From a virus, in the IMG/VR virus record IMGVR_UViG_3300044539_000111, positions 32,001 to 96,000 of that record: 64,000 bases of DNA; one strand, written 5' to 3'. The position numbers and the translations under genes were made by a program. How positions within the stretch are numbered: position 1 is the first letter of the stretch; each line of letters starts with the position of its first letter. The notes under the pieces were generated by a model, which was given only the letters and a program-made list of their open reading frames with translations, made no database searches and had not been told where the DNA came from. Below, piece after piece: positions 48,323 through 58,700 of this stretch.

Positions 48323-50119
48323 TTAATCTAATTTTAAATTATTTTTAATTTGACTTAAAACAGGATCAGTTGCATTTATTGCACTTATTGCTTGTTGGAA
48401 TCTTTCAGCAGTTAACTCTTTACCCCATTTAGTTTTGTATGCTCCTTTTAATTGATCCTGAGTATTCTCAAAAAACTTAGTTGAGTAATCAAATCCTAAT
48501 TCATCACTGTAAGTTTGCATATCAGTATAAGTAACAACATCTCTATTTACTGGAGTTTTATTGAATTTAACAGCTGCTTTATTTGCATCTCTTTGAAGTA
48601 AAGCTAAATCACTTTTAGTTTGTGCTAAAAAATCTTTGTAATCTTTTAATTGTTGACCTTCATAAGCAGCTACATCTTTAGGTTCAGGAAGTAATCCTCC
48701 ATTTGCAGCTTGATATTTTTTTCTTGCTTCCAACTCTGGATCATACGCAGCTACCTTGTCCGCTTTAGTAATGTAATCATTAGATGCAGTTAATTCACTT
48801 CCTGCTCCTCCTGTATAAGCAGAATTACCAAGTGCTTTTTTGTGGTCTTCTAATTCTTTTTTATTTGCAGTTTCCGCTGCGTCCAAAGCAACATTGTAAC
48901 TATGCTGAGTAGCCATCTCCGATAACTTATAGCTATGATCTACTTTCATCTTAGCAAAATCATCCGCTTTCATAGTTGACTTAGCATCTTTAAAAATAAG
49001 TGTATTCACAGCACCTTGTATCTCATCATTAAAAAGAGCATACGCATTTTGATTATCAATATGATCTGTTAAAGTTCCAATGCCTGCTTGATTAGTAGGT
49101 GAAATAGAAGAAATTTGATCAGTATATGCTTTAGCATTTTTTGCACTGTCTTGCAATTGTTTTAACTCAACTAATTCATTATACTTATCACTACCTTGAA
49201 CAAATTTTCCATTTTTAAAATCCTCTTCATATTCTTTTGTTACTTGATCTAAGTGTCCAATATCTGTATTTAAGGCTTCAGCTTGTTCTTCAATTTTTGC
49301 TTGATTATTTTTATCAATCTGTTTGACATAACCTAACTGCGCTTCATTGACATCTTTAAATTCACCCATGCTTACTTTACTATAAGCCCAGTCATTTCTA
49401 TCTACATACGCTTTTGTTTTGAACATTTCAGCAAACTGTGGATTTTGTCCAATAGTTTTATTAAAAAGTGCAGTTAAAGGTGAACGCAATACTTCTCCAT
49501 TTTTGGTAGTAACCATATAAGCACCATCTGAACTTAATTTGTCATACTCAATATTTAGACCTGCATCTTTAGCTAGTTTAATGGCTTCTTTCATTACACT
49601 TTTATACGGAACAAAAGTTACATCCCCCATACCTAAAGCATCACCAGCTGATGCATTTTTAAATTCTGCGCGTTTGTATTGCATGTACTTATCACCCTCT
49701 TCCCAATATGAACCACCGCATTTTTCTTCATCAATGCAGTTTTTGAATCCCTCCATTCTATTAGTTTCACTATTATAGTTTTTGGTCCAAACCATATCTT
49801 TAACAATATTGTTATTTTCATAAATAGATTGGAAAACGCCTGCAGCTGCTTGAACATTTTGATCTAATGAAAAATCCAAACCTCCCATTCTTCTAATATC
49901 ATCATTGATAATTTGAAAGAACTCATCTCTGGCTTGAATATTATCAGAACGCGTCAATGAAGAGTTTAACAATGAACCATATAACTCACTTACTTTTTTA
50001 TGATTAGCGTCATACTTAGCTTGTTTTTGTTGCAGTATCTGCGCATCAAATGCTAAATTTGGTTCTGTCGGCTGTATCTGACTAATATAATCTGTCTGTC
50101 CCTGTATATAAGTTGCCAT
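48323..50119 (-). CDS. Putative internal virion/ejection protein (598 aa)
   Basis: Helical; N-terminal MATYIQG...QQKQAKYD...GLDFS; lies in the cargo block. Confidence 0.6.
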   Translation of the reverse strand: MATYIQGQTDYISQIQPTEPNLAFDAQILQQKQAKYDANHKKVSELYGSLLNSSLTRSDNIQARDEFFQIINDDIRRMGGLDFSLDQNVQAAAGVFQSIYENNNIVKDMVWTKNYNSETNRMEGFKNCIDEEKCGGSYWEEGDKYMQYKRAEFKNASAGDALGMGDVTFVPYKSVMKEAIKLAKDAGLNIEYDKLSSDGAYMVTTKNGEVLRSPLTALFNKTIGQNPQFAEMFKTKAYVDRNDWAYSKVSMGEFKDVNEAQLGYVKQIDKNNQAKIEEQAEALNTDIGHLDQVTKEYEEDFKNGKFVQGSDKYNELVELKQLQDSAKNAKAYTDQISSISPTNQAGIGTLTDHIDNQNAYALFNDEIQGAVNTLIFKDAKSTMKADDFAKMKVDHSYKLSEMATQHSYNVALDAAETANKKELEDHKKALGNSAYTGGAGSELTASNDYITKADKVAAYDPELEARKKYQAANGGLLPEPKDVAAYEGQQLKDYKDFLAQTKSDLALLQRDANKAAVKFNKTPVNRDVVTYTDMQTYSDELGFDYSTKFFENTQDQLKGAYKTKWGKELTAERFQQAISAINATDPVLSQIKNNLKLD

Positions 50120-50164
50120 TGTTTTTTTTGTAAATATATTAATTAAACCCTAAACAAAAATTAG

Positions 50165-52603
50165 TTAAGACTGAACATTGGTATTGTTCAACTCACTTGC
50201 TTTAGTAATTTCATCATCTTTTTCCACAACCCATTTGCCAGATTTTTGAGCTTGAAATAATTTCATTGCCAAGTCTGGAGTCAAAGTAGGTACTGTTTTT
50301 GCAAAATCATTAAACTGTGTTCCAAGATCTTCTGAGTTGTCTTTAGTCGGTGTTAATGCTCTATCATTCATTTTGGTTATAATACCTGTAAACGGATCTT
50401 TTTTGAAGTTCTCCGTTGTGGTATTCAAATTATAAATGTTTGATGCATTAGTGTAAGCCTGATTAGAAAGCTGCGTAATTTTATCTTTAGCAGCACTGAT
50501 AGAATTTGCAAGACTTTGTTTTAAAATGTTCTCTTTGTCATACATATTTGTAGCCAACTGAGCATCCTGAGCATTACGCGCATTTGCCAATTGAGCATTG
50601 TATTGCTCACCTGCATTAAACACACCTACATTCTTATCAGCATAATCGCTAATTGCATTTGCTACATCACCGTAAGCTTGACCACTTAAAGCCATAGCGG
50701 TTGCGCCAGCAGATTGTGCATTTCCAAATGCAGAAACACCTTGCATCATTTGATTCAATTGCTCATTCTTAGCAGCTATTGTTCGCTCTGGTGAATAGTA
50801 TGCACGATCTGGCATAACAACTTCAGCAGACTTAGCCCAAGGATGTAATTCAGGAATCTCAAATCTAGCTTGTACAGCACGATTAAGTGAAGCCAAGTCT
50901 TCTCTCCTAAAGCCATAAGGATTTACAAGTTGATTAGTTTGACCTAATTTTTTATACTCTGGTGCTTTTGTATTACACGGTGCACAATTACCACTAGCAT
51001 CTCTAACTGGAACTGTTCCATCTGGACATGTAGCACAAGGCCCTACTCCAGGAGTTGTACCTTCTTCTTCATATTCAGGATTAGCTGTAAAACCAAATGC
51101 ATCAAAATGTTCAAAACCAGACAACTGTTCATTTCCAATTGCAGGTCTATATCCAGATTCACCAAGTTTACTTTCAACCCCTGCAGTTACGGCAGCATAA
51201 TTTTTTTTATAAAAATCAGGAGCCATTAAATCTTCTTCTTTTTCTGGAGGTTTTATTCCTAAAAATCCAATGTATTCTTTTCTAAGTTCTTTGACTTTAG
51301 TTGGATCTTTATATGTATCATCAACTGCTTTAAAAGCTTCATCGTCTGTCATACCTGCACCGCGAGATTTTTCAAACAGGAATCTTTTTTCATAATCCTC
51401 TGGAGTAAACCCAGCAACAAATGAACCACTACCTTGCCACTTACCATCCTTTGCACCACTATAATCAGTACTACCTCTTTGTAATGTAATTTTGTATTTG
51501 TCTGTAGAAAAATCTTTACCTGATTGATTAATAACCCTACTTAAAATAATACGGTCTTTAAAGTCAGGATTAAAGTTTCCTTGAATTTTAATTTGATTTG
51601 TGCCTGGAACTTTAACAATAGTTCCATTTTTAATTCCATTTTCAATAACCAAGTTTGCAGCTTCAGCAGACTTAGCGTTTTCCGGACTTTTTGTTATCCA
51701 CTCTGAAATCGGGCCTGAGCTTGTTTGCGAATCTGCAGATGCGGTTGGATTTAAATTTACTTTGGTTACTTTTTTAAATGTGCCGTCTTCTTGTTGCACA
51801 TACTGACCAACTTTAAATCCTTTTCCTGTAGTATTAATATCAGCAGAAGCGGGTAGTTCTTCTTTCTTATAGACTCTTCCTCCACCACCATACTGACGAA
51901 GCTGTCCTCCCATAGAGAGAGAAGGGAAAGGATACAATTCATTAGTAGCTGCAAAATCATTAACTGCGCCACCAAAAGCTTTAGCAACAGCTTGATTAGC
52001 TGCACCTGCGTCTTGTTGGTTCATAGCAAACATTTCATTAGGATCAATCTGCAACTTATCAAAGAACGGAGATAACCCATTAGGTACACCATCTTTGAAT
52101 CCTTTGCGTGATTCTTGTAAAAGTTTCAACGCAGCAATTTTAAACGCAGCATTGTCCATTGACATTTCCGCAGACTTCTTGCTTACTTTATCCGCTGTAT
52201 CATCAATAAGAATTTGTTTTGACGTATTGATTGCATCTAGCCATGATTTAGAAATGCCTGCAAATGTTTGAGGCTTCTTTGGATTAACACCGAAGTACTC
52301 TAGGATTGCAGGATCTTTTACTATCATCTTCTTGTTATCACTAAAGATAAACGAAGTTCCATCAGATTCCTTATCACCATCAGTAGGTAAATTCAAAGGA
52401 GTTCCACCTTGGCTGTGCTTCTTGCCACCAATAGAATACATCTCATAGATATTATTAATACCTCTGCTCATGTTTGTAACTACTGTTTCACCTTTTTCAG
52501 CTTCAACATTAGCTATCTTCCTATTCACAGGACCAAGAACTTTTGACAAAGTTACTTTAGGTACTTCTTGATTAGGAAATCCAGTTATTGTGTACTTACC
52601 CAT
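50165..52603 (-). CDS. Putative cargo protein (812 aa)
   Basis: NVEAEKGE...GGKKHSQGG...FIFSD motif recalled from crAss-like structural proteins; Ala/Asn/Gln-rich helical C-terminus. Confidence 0.6.
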   Translation of the reverse strand: MGKYTITGFPNQEVPKVTLSKVLGPVNRKIANVEAEKGETVVTNMSRGINNIYEMYSIGGKKHSQGGTPLNLPTDGDKESDGTSFIFSDNKKMIVKDPAILEYFGVNPKKPQTFAGISKSWLDAINTSKQILIDDTADKVSKKSAEMSMDNAAFKIAALKLLQESRKGFKDGVPNGLSPFFDKLQIDPNEMFAMNQQDAGAANQAVAKAFGGAVNDFAATNELYPFPSLSMGGQLRQYGGGGRVYKKEELPASADINTTGKGFKVGQYVQQEDGTFKKVTKVNLNPTASADSQTSSGPISEWITKSPENAKSAEAANLVIENGIKNGTIVKVPGTNQIKIQGNFNPDFKDRIILSRVINQSGKDFSTDKYKITLQRGSTDYSGAKDGKWQGSGSFVAGFTPEDYEKRFLFEKSRGAGMTDDEAFKAVDDTYKDPTKVKELRKEYIGFLGIKPPEKEEDLMAPDFYKKNYAAVTAGVESKLGESGYRPAIGNEQLSGFEHFDAFGFTANPEYEEEGTTPGVGPCATCPDGTVPVRDASGNCAPCNTKAPEYKKLGQTNQLVNPYGFRREDLASLNRAVQARFEIPELHPWAKSAEVVMPDRAYYSPERTIAAKNEQLNQMMQGVSAFGNAQSAGATAMALSGQAYGDVANAISDYADKNVGVFNAGEQYNAQLANARNAQDAQLATNMYDKENILKQSLANSISAAKDKITQLSNQAYTNASNIYNLNTTTENFKKDPFTGIITKMNDRALTPTKDNSEDLGTQFNDFAKTVPTLTPDLAMKLFQAQKSGKWVVEKDDEITKASELNNTNVQS

Positions 52604-52605
52604 AA

Positions 52606-55600
52606 TTATACTCTTGAAAGTTTAAATCCAGCCGCAGCTAATTGTTCCATTTCATCATCTGCTAAATCTACTTCTCCACCTATTTCATATACTCTGCCGC
52701 CATAAGCAAAAATTTGTCTTTGGTTATTATACATTGTATCTGTTGGATTCAATACCTGATTGCCAATATCGTTTGGAATAAAGTTCCCAGCTTGATCATA
52801 AAGACCTTGCTTCATTGTATCATAAGTGTTGCTTGGACGATTTAATGCAGACAACTTAGCTTTGTCCCTTTCAGGATTCATTGCATTCATTTTATTTGCA
52901 AAGTTAGTTACTTTACCTGCAGCGTTCATGTACATATCACCTGCAGCCGCACCAACTTGATTCCAATTGATGTCTAACTTTTTACCAGCAGATTCTTCAA
53001 TTGTACCATTGTTTCCAAAAGGACTTGGTTGATTTGCTGGAAGATTTTCAAACTGTAAATAGTCTGGAATTTTATTTCCATCTGTATCTTCAGAACCTAA
53101 ATTAATTCCATTATCTGCTCTTGGTATTCTACCTCCAAATGCGCGGTTGATTAATGCTACTGCATTTTCTAATGCCGCTGGATCAACACCCCCTCCATAT
53201 TCATAACGCTTGCCAGCTTGTCTAGCTTCTTTATTTTCTGCTCTATTAGCTTGGCGATCTTCTTGCCTAGTATTTCTTATATCTTGTTTTGATTCATAAA
53301 TGTTTCCATTATAATTAGGTACATTACCTAATGAAAAGTTTTTAGATATATCTTTTCTTTCAGATCTACTTAAATCAGGATAAGTTTCCTTATAAAAAGC
53401 TCTATCACTTCTAAAATCTTTTCTATCTGTATCATAAGGTATATATGGATTATTCTCATCAATGCCTTTATATTCCCCTTCTTTTTTAAGCATACTTTCT
53501 TCAATTGACTTTTGATTTTCTAAAGCCGATTGATTAGCTACGTTGCCTTCATCTACAGCTGGAGTTCCTGCATTTCTAGCAACTTCCCGAGCAGCCTCTT
53601 CTTTATCAAATTGCGCAAGAGCCGCATCCTTTTTTTCATTGTATCTATTTTCTTTTCTATCCCATTTAGAATCTTTGTAATCTTGTTCTACTAGTTTTCC
53701 GTCTTGTATTCCTTTAACACCAGTTTCTGTTTGTTTAGTTACATCAATTGCATTTTGATCATTTTGATTTACTTCAGATGCCGGATTAACTACATCAGTA
53801 GAACCCGGAGCAACTAAACTTTGATCTGCTACATTTGCAGCAGAAGGTTGATTAAATGAAACAGCACCAGGAATTTGCGCATTTGAAGTACGCCAATCTT
53901 TTGGTGCCATTGCTGTTTGATTACCGTACATGTCTGTTTGCAAAGTTGTACCTCCAGGAGCTGGATTTAAACCAGTTGCATCTTGATAACCTGCATATTG
54001 AGTTACCCCATTTATTGGAGTAATTGAATTAGCAGGACCTTCTTGAGGACCAGCCGGTGCAGCAGGATTCATTGCAGCAGCATCACCCCAATCAATTTGG
54101 TAACGTACTCCTTTTCTTCTATTACCTTTCCAGATACTACCTTCTTTGAATTTTTCAGCTTCACCTATTCTCCAATTTTGTCCAGCAACATTTCCGGCCA
54201 TTCCAGGCACTAAACCATTTGCTCCTACAGCACCAAGGAATTGATTAGCATTCATGCCACCTGGCAAATTAGCACCAGTGATTCTTGGATCATACATATT
54301 GTTTGTACCAATGCCTGACATCATTCTTGCAAAAGGACTTGCACCAGCAAATAAATTACCATATAAACCTTGGTTCATTGGATTTTGATAAGCTACAGGA
54401 TTAATTTGAGAATAAGATGATTGAGATGCACCAGGAACTTGCGCAGCTGGTACTCTTTGCATTGTGCCATCTTTTCTAGTTACATAACTACCTTGTGCGT
54501 CTTGTCCAAGTACGTCACCTTCAGCAAACTGAAATTGATTTGTTTTTTCTTGAGCAGGTTGCGCAATATAAGTACCAGTTGCTTCGTCATATTTATAACT
54601 AGCATTTTTATCTGGCTGTTGTGACCATTTATTTGCAGTAAACATCTCTGTTGTTACCGTTTGATCTTTATTTGCTGGATCATTATTCCAATCATACACT
54701 GCTGCTTTATAGTCAGCCTCTGACTTAAATGCTTTTGGATTGATGGTTACTTTACCATCTTTTCCCATTTCAATACCATTTAGAGCTTTAGGAAGATCGC
54801 CACCGTATGCCCTTTGATTTCCACCAAGGCTCGGAAACTCATCATCTAATGTAGATTTGTATGCACTGTTTTTAACAGCACCAACAAACATTGATGTTCT
54901 ATCTTGTGCGTATGTTTTAGAATCAGTCCCCGGAGCAACTGCCGGTCCACCATAAGCGCGTGACATTAATTTTTTAAGATTGCCACCAAACTTAGCCATT
55001 CCCATTGCAGAGTCTGGTGCAGGTACATTTGGATCCAGTGCTTGAGGATCTTGTGAGCCTTCTGTCATTGCTACATCAGAACCTTGTGGATCTGTTGCTT
55101 GTTGCATACCACTTAGTTGTTCCATCACAGATGTTGCAATTTCAGGACTAATCTGACCTTGTTGTGCGGCAGCTTGAATTTGCTCCATAACTTGTCTTGC
55201 ATCTGCACCTTGTGACATCATCTCTTGAACTTGCTGCATTACTGCTTGCATTTCTTGATTGTCCCCTCCTTCAGCGTATGAACGCAAACGTCTTGGCATG
55301 CGACCACCATATTTCATTTGAATTTCTTCAGCAGGAGATGGTTGTCCACCTTGATCTGGAGCCGGTGCACCTTGTTCAGCCATTTCCTCTTGAGGATTAC
55401 TAGCTTGACCTTCCATTTGTTCTTCACCTGGATTTTGTGGTTGTTGACCACCTTGCATAGCTTGTTCAATAGCTGCTTGAGCATCTTGTTCTGGCATTCC
55501 CATTTGAACAAAAACTTGCATAATCATTTCAGGCGGAACTTGTTTAGCTAATAATTCAGCTGCAGCATCAGCAGGTTGTGCACCTTGTTGCATCATCTGT

Positions 55601-55737
55601 TGTACAAGTTGCATAATTTGTTGCATCTGTGGATCTTGACCACCTTGTTGTGGTTGACCTTGAGGTGCGCCTTGTTGCATTTGTTCTGGAGCCTGACCTG
55701 GTTGGCCTTGTGGCATTTGTGCTTGTGGATTTTCCAT
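52606..55737 (-). CDS. Low-complexity Gln/Met-rich putative cargo/scaffold protein with repeated xxGG motifs; start ATG 55737 or TTG 55743
   Basis: Q/M/P/G-rich N-terminus and about 10 [KRFMY]-[AYKE]-x-GG/NG motifs. Confidence 0.65.
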   Translation of the reverse strand: MENPQAQMPQGQPGQAPEQMQQGAPQGQPQQGGQDPQMQQIMQLVQQMMQQGAQPADAAAELLAKQVPPEMIMQVFVQMGMPEQDAQAAIEQAMQGGQQPQNPGEEQMEGQASNPQEEMAEQGAPAPDQGGQPSPAEEIQMKYGGRMPRRLRSYAEGGDNQEMQAVMQQVQEMMSQGADARQVMEQIQAAAQQGQISPEIATSVMEQLSGMQQATDPQGSDVAMTEGSQDPQALDPNVPAPDSAMGMAKFGGNLKKLMSRAYGGPAVAPGTDSKTYAQDRTSMFVGAVKNSAYKSTLDDEFPSLGGNQRAYGGDLPKALNGIEMGKDGKVTINPKAFKSEADYKAAVYDWNNDPANKDQTVTTEMFTANKWSQQPDKNASYKYDEATGTYIAQPAQEKTNQFQFAEGDVLGQDAQGSYVTRKDGTMQRVPAAQVPGASQSSYSQINPVAYQNPMNQGLYGNLFAGASPFARMMSGIGTNNMYDPRITGANLPGGMNANQFLGAVGANGLVPGMAGNVAGQNWRIGEAEKFKEGSIWKGNRRKGVRYQIDWGDAAAMNPAAPAGPQEGPANSITPINGVTQYAGYQDATGLNPAPGGTTLQTDMYGNQTAMAPKDWRTSNAQIPGAVSFNQPSAANVADQSLVAPGSTDVVNPASEVNQNDQNAIDVTKQTETGVKGIQDGKLVEQDYKDSKWDRKENRYNEKKDAALAQFDKEEAAREVARNAGTPAVDEGNVANQSALENQKSIEESMLKKEGEYKGIDENNPYIPYDTDRKDFRSDRAFYKETYPDLSRSERKDISKNFSLGNVPNYNGNIYESKQDIRNTRQEDRQANRAENKEARQAGKRYEYGGGVDPAALENAVALINRAFGGRIPRADNGINLGSEDTDGNKIPDYLQFENLPANQPSPFGNNGTIEESAGKKLDINWNQVGAAAGDMYMNAAGKVTNFANKMNAMNPERDKAKLSALNRPSNTYDTMKQGLYDQAGNFIPNDIGNQVLNPTDTMYNNQRQIFAYGGRVYEIGGEVDLADDEMEQLAAAGFKLSRV

Positions 55738-55757
55738 TTTCAATCTTGCTTATGTTC

Positions 55758-55775
55758 TAATATACAAAAAAATTT
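55758..55775 (-). promoter_or_regulatory. Candidate late promoter motif (TTTTTGTATATTA on the minus strand)
   Basis: Shares the GTATATTA core with 62850-62863; both are in intergenic gaps of the virion module. Confidence 0.4.
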
Positions 55776-55799
55776 TTATTTATCTTAACTATAAAATGT

Positions 55800-58700
55800 T
55801 TATCTGTGAGATAATTGCTGATTACTTGCAGCCAAGCTCACTAAGATTTCTACATTATTGTTTACAGTTCTTCTCAAAATTACTCTATTGTTGAAGTGTC
55901 TGAATTTTTTTCTTTGAAACTCTTGCTTGTCATAGTTTAAGTTTGCGGGATTTAATGTGCGAATATACCCATTATCTTCTGTCATCCAAATTCTTTCTTC
56001 AGCACCACTATACTCACCTCTATCATTTGTAACATCCCAGAATTGATTAAATCTGTACTGTTGTTCCTCTTTAGAGAACAAGATGTTTATGTAATTGGTT
56101 TGAATATTTGGGAATGTCAATAACAATGGTAAATTATTCTTTGGATTAAGATGAAGTTTAAGTACTCCAGAAACTTGTTCTGAATTATACACGGTTGCTT
56201 CATCAAATCCGTGATCTAATACATGAAATCTATCATAACAGTTACGCTCATCATATACATAACTTTCAATGTAGTATTCAACATTACGCATAGTTGCTAC
56301 AGCAAACTTATTGTCTAACTGGAACTCAACCTCAAACGGATAGTCAACACCGTAGTAGTTACAATATTTACTACAAATGTTATTGTGTTTCCAAATACCA
56401 TTATCATTAGTTGTAAGGAATGTATTCTTTGCTCCTAAAGATAAGTCTGGATGCCAATCATGGAATGAAACAAACTCTTCAATTTTTGGATCATAACTTA
56501 AAGTCCATGAACAATCATCAAAGTAAAGGGGATCTCCAGTTTTAGCAATAAAAACACCGTTGATTAAGAATTTAGAACCTCCCATGTACTCTACTGTAAC
56601 AGGTAAGTTTTTCTTTAACCTGTAATCTTTCTTACAGAAATAAACCAAACTGTACTCGTTGTCATAAATAGTCTGACATCCAATTCCAGCAACTGGATTA
56701 TCTGTAACAGAATATGTTGGAAAGTCTTCTAGGAGTTTATATGGTAGATAGATGTTCAACCAGAATCTATTTCCTTTAAGTGAAATCTCTTTTAATCCTC
56801 CCGCATAGCAAAAGATTTTACCTTGATTAAGGTTCATCCAAAACACACCAGCTGGAGTATTGAGTACAGACAATCTGCTTTGACACGATGCATACTCATA
56901 AGAATTTTCAGAATTAGAAAGTTGCTGTAACTGTCTTGCAAATAATCGCCCATCTCCAATAGTAATGTTTGCACCACTTTGAGTTTGCATTTCATCTACA
57001 CCCGGTAACATACCAGGTGCTTGATTCTCAAACAATATTAAAGCAGCTGTTCTATTAATTGACTTTACTGAAGTTACATTACTTTCATAGTCAGCATAAT
57101 TGTTTGGTAAAAATACACGCCACTGATCTTTTTTAGCAAGTGAAATATTATTTGCGGCAGCCGTTTGTGGCAATGAATATAACAATCTTCTAGGATACTT
57201 TGTATAACAAGTTTCAGATAATAATGGATTATAATCTCTTCCTTGCATTACTCCCCATGGAATTTTTTGACTTGCCATAAATGACCATGACAAACTTCTA
57301 TCAATTTGATAATAGTTATCTGCTTTAATCAAGTTCATGTTAAACAGGGTTCTTAAATCAGAAAGCACAGGATAATGTTTTTTAGCATCGGTATCCTGCC
57401 AATCACGCATATCAATATTAAATTCAGACTCTACAAAGAAATCACGAACTCCTGAATTAAATAAATACATAAATGCTCTTTTTAATAAGAACACTCCATT
57501 TTGTCCAGGTAATCTATCAAAACAATGTTTGTCACTTGGTGTAACTAAAGTTGAAAAAAATGTTGAAAGTGATCCAGCAAGAATTGCACTTTGCAAGGCT
57601 CCAGGAACACTTTGAACAAACTCCATTAAATCAAATGGATCTGTATCCATCCAAAATGCAGTCCACTCAAACATCTTTTGTTTGTTGTAATTAAGAATTG
57701 CGCCATCAGGTTGACCGTCTAACCACTGTTGAAAATAAAACAATGTGTTTTTTTCAGAGTATTTTCCAATGTAAGTATCACCTCCAAATAAAGTTGGTGA
57801 ATTAGTTAACGCTATAGGAGTTACACATGAAGAAACCATAAGTTGTCTTATGGATTGCAACTGTCCATACTGATTACGAAGTCTTGTTTTTAAAGCTACA
57901 TAATGAGAAGATGCTCTTCTTGAAAAATTATCAAGATGGCGGTCAGCTGGCATTGCTGACAATCGCGGTGGTCTTGATACGTCAACTATTGCACCTGTAA
58001 TGTTTTCAATGTCTACAGGTGTATCAAACATTACTGTTTCATTTCTGTAAATATGATTTACAATGTAATTAGTTTGGTAATCTTGAACTCCTGGATTTAA
58101 ATATCTAGCATCATTTACTCTACGTCTTCTATTATTTGCATAAGGTGCAGCAAAGTTTTCATATTTGCATAATGCTTGGTACTGTAAAGCAAACTGTTGC
58201 CACGCTCCTAATGATTCAATTAATTTGTAAGTGGTGTCTGCACCTCCTGCTAAGTAACTTAAAAACATAGGATTTCCTAAAGCTAACAATGCAGCTTTTA
58301 ATATACCCGGTCCAGCATCTTGGTCTTTATAAGTTATTTCTAAATAACCGGAAGTAACCCCTGTGCTTGGTATCTGAGCAGATGTTCTTGATGCTGTAAG
58401 TAAAGCTCCTTGAGAAGAACCAGTAATTGATGCTATTCCTGAGTTTTGTCCAGTTAACGCATCACCCATTCCTTGAACCCCAATGGTATTAATTGCAGCA
58501 GCTTGTGCCGCTGTTAATGCAACACCTACAGGTATAATATTTCCTGTTGACGTTGAAGAACCTGCAAAAATTGGATCACTGTCAATTTGGTATCCTCTAT
58601 ACTTAATATCTCTTGAACCAAGCATTTTAGAAATAGCATAACCAAATCCAACTACTATGCCTGTAATAAAAGATACATCTGTAATAAATTTATGACGCGG

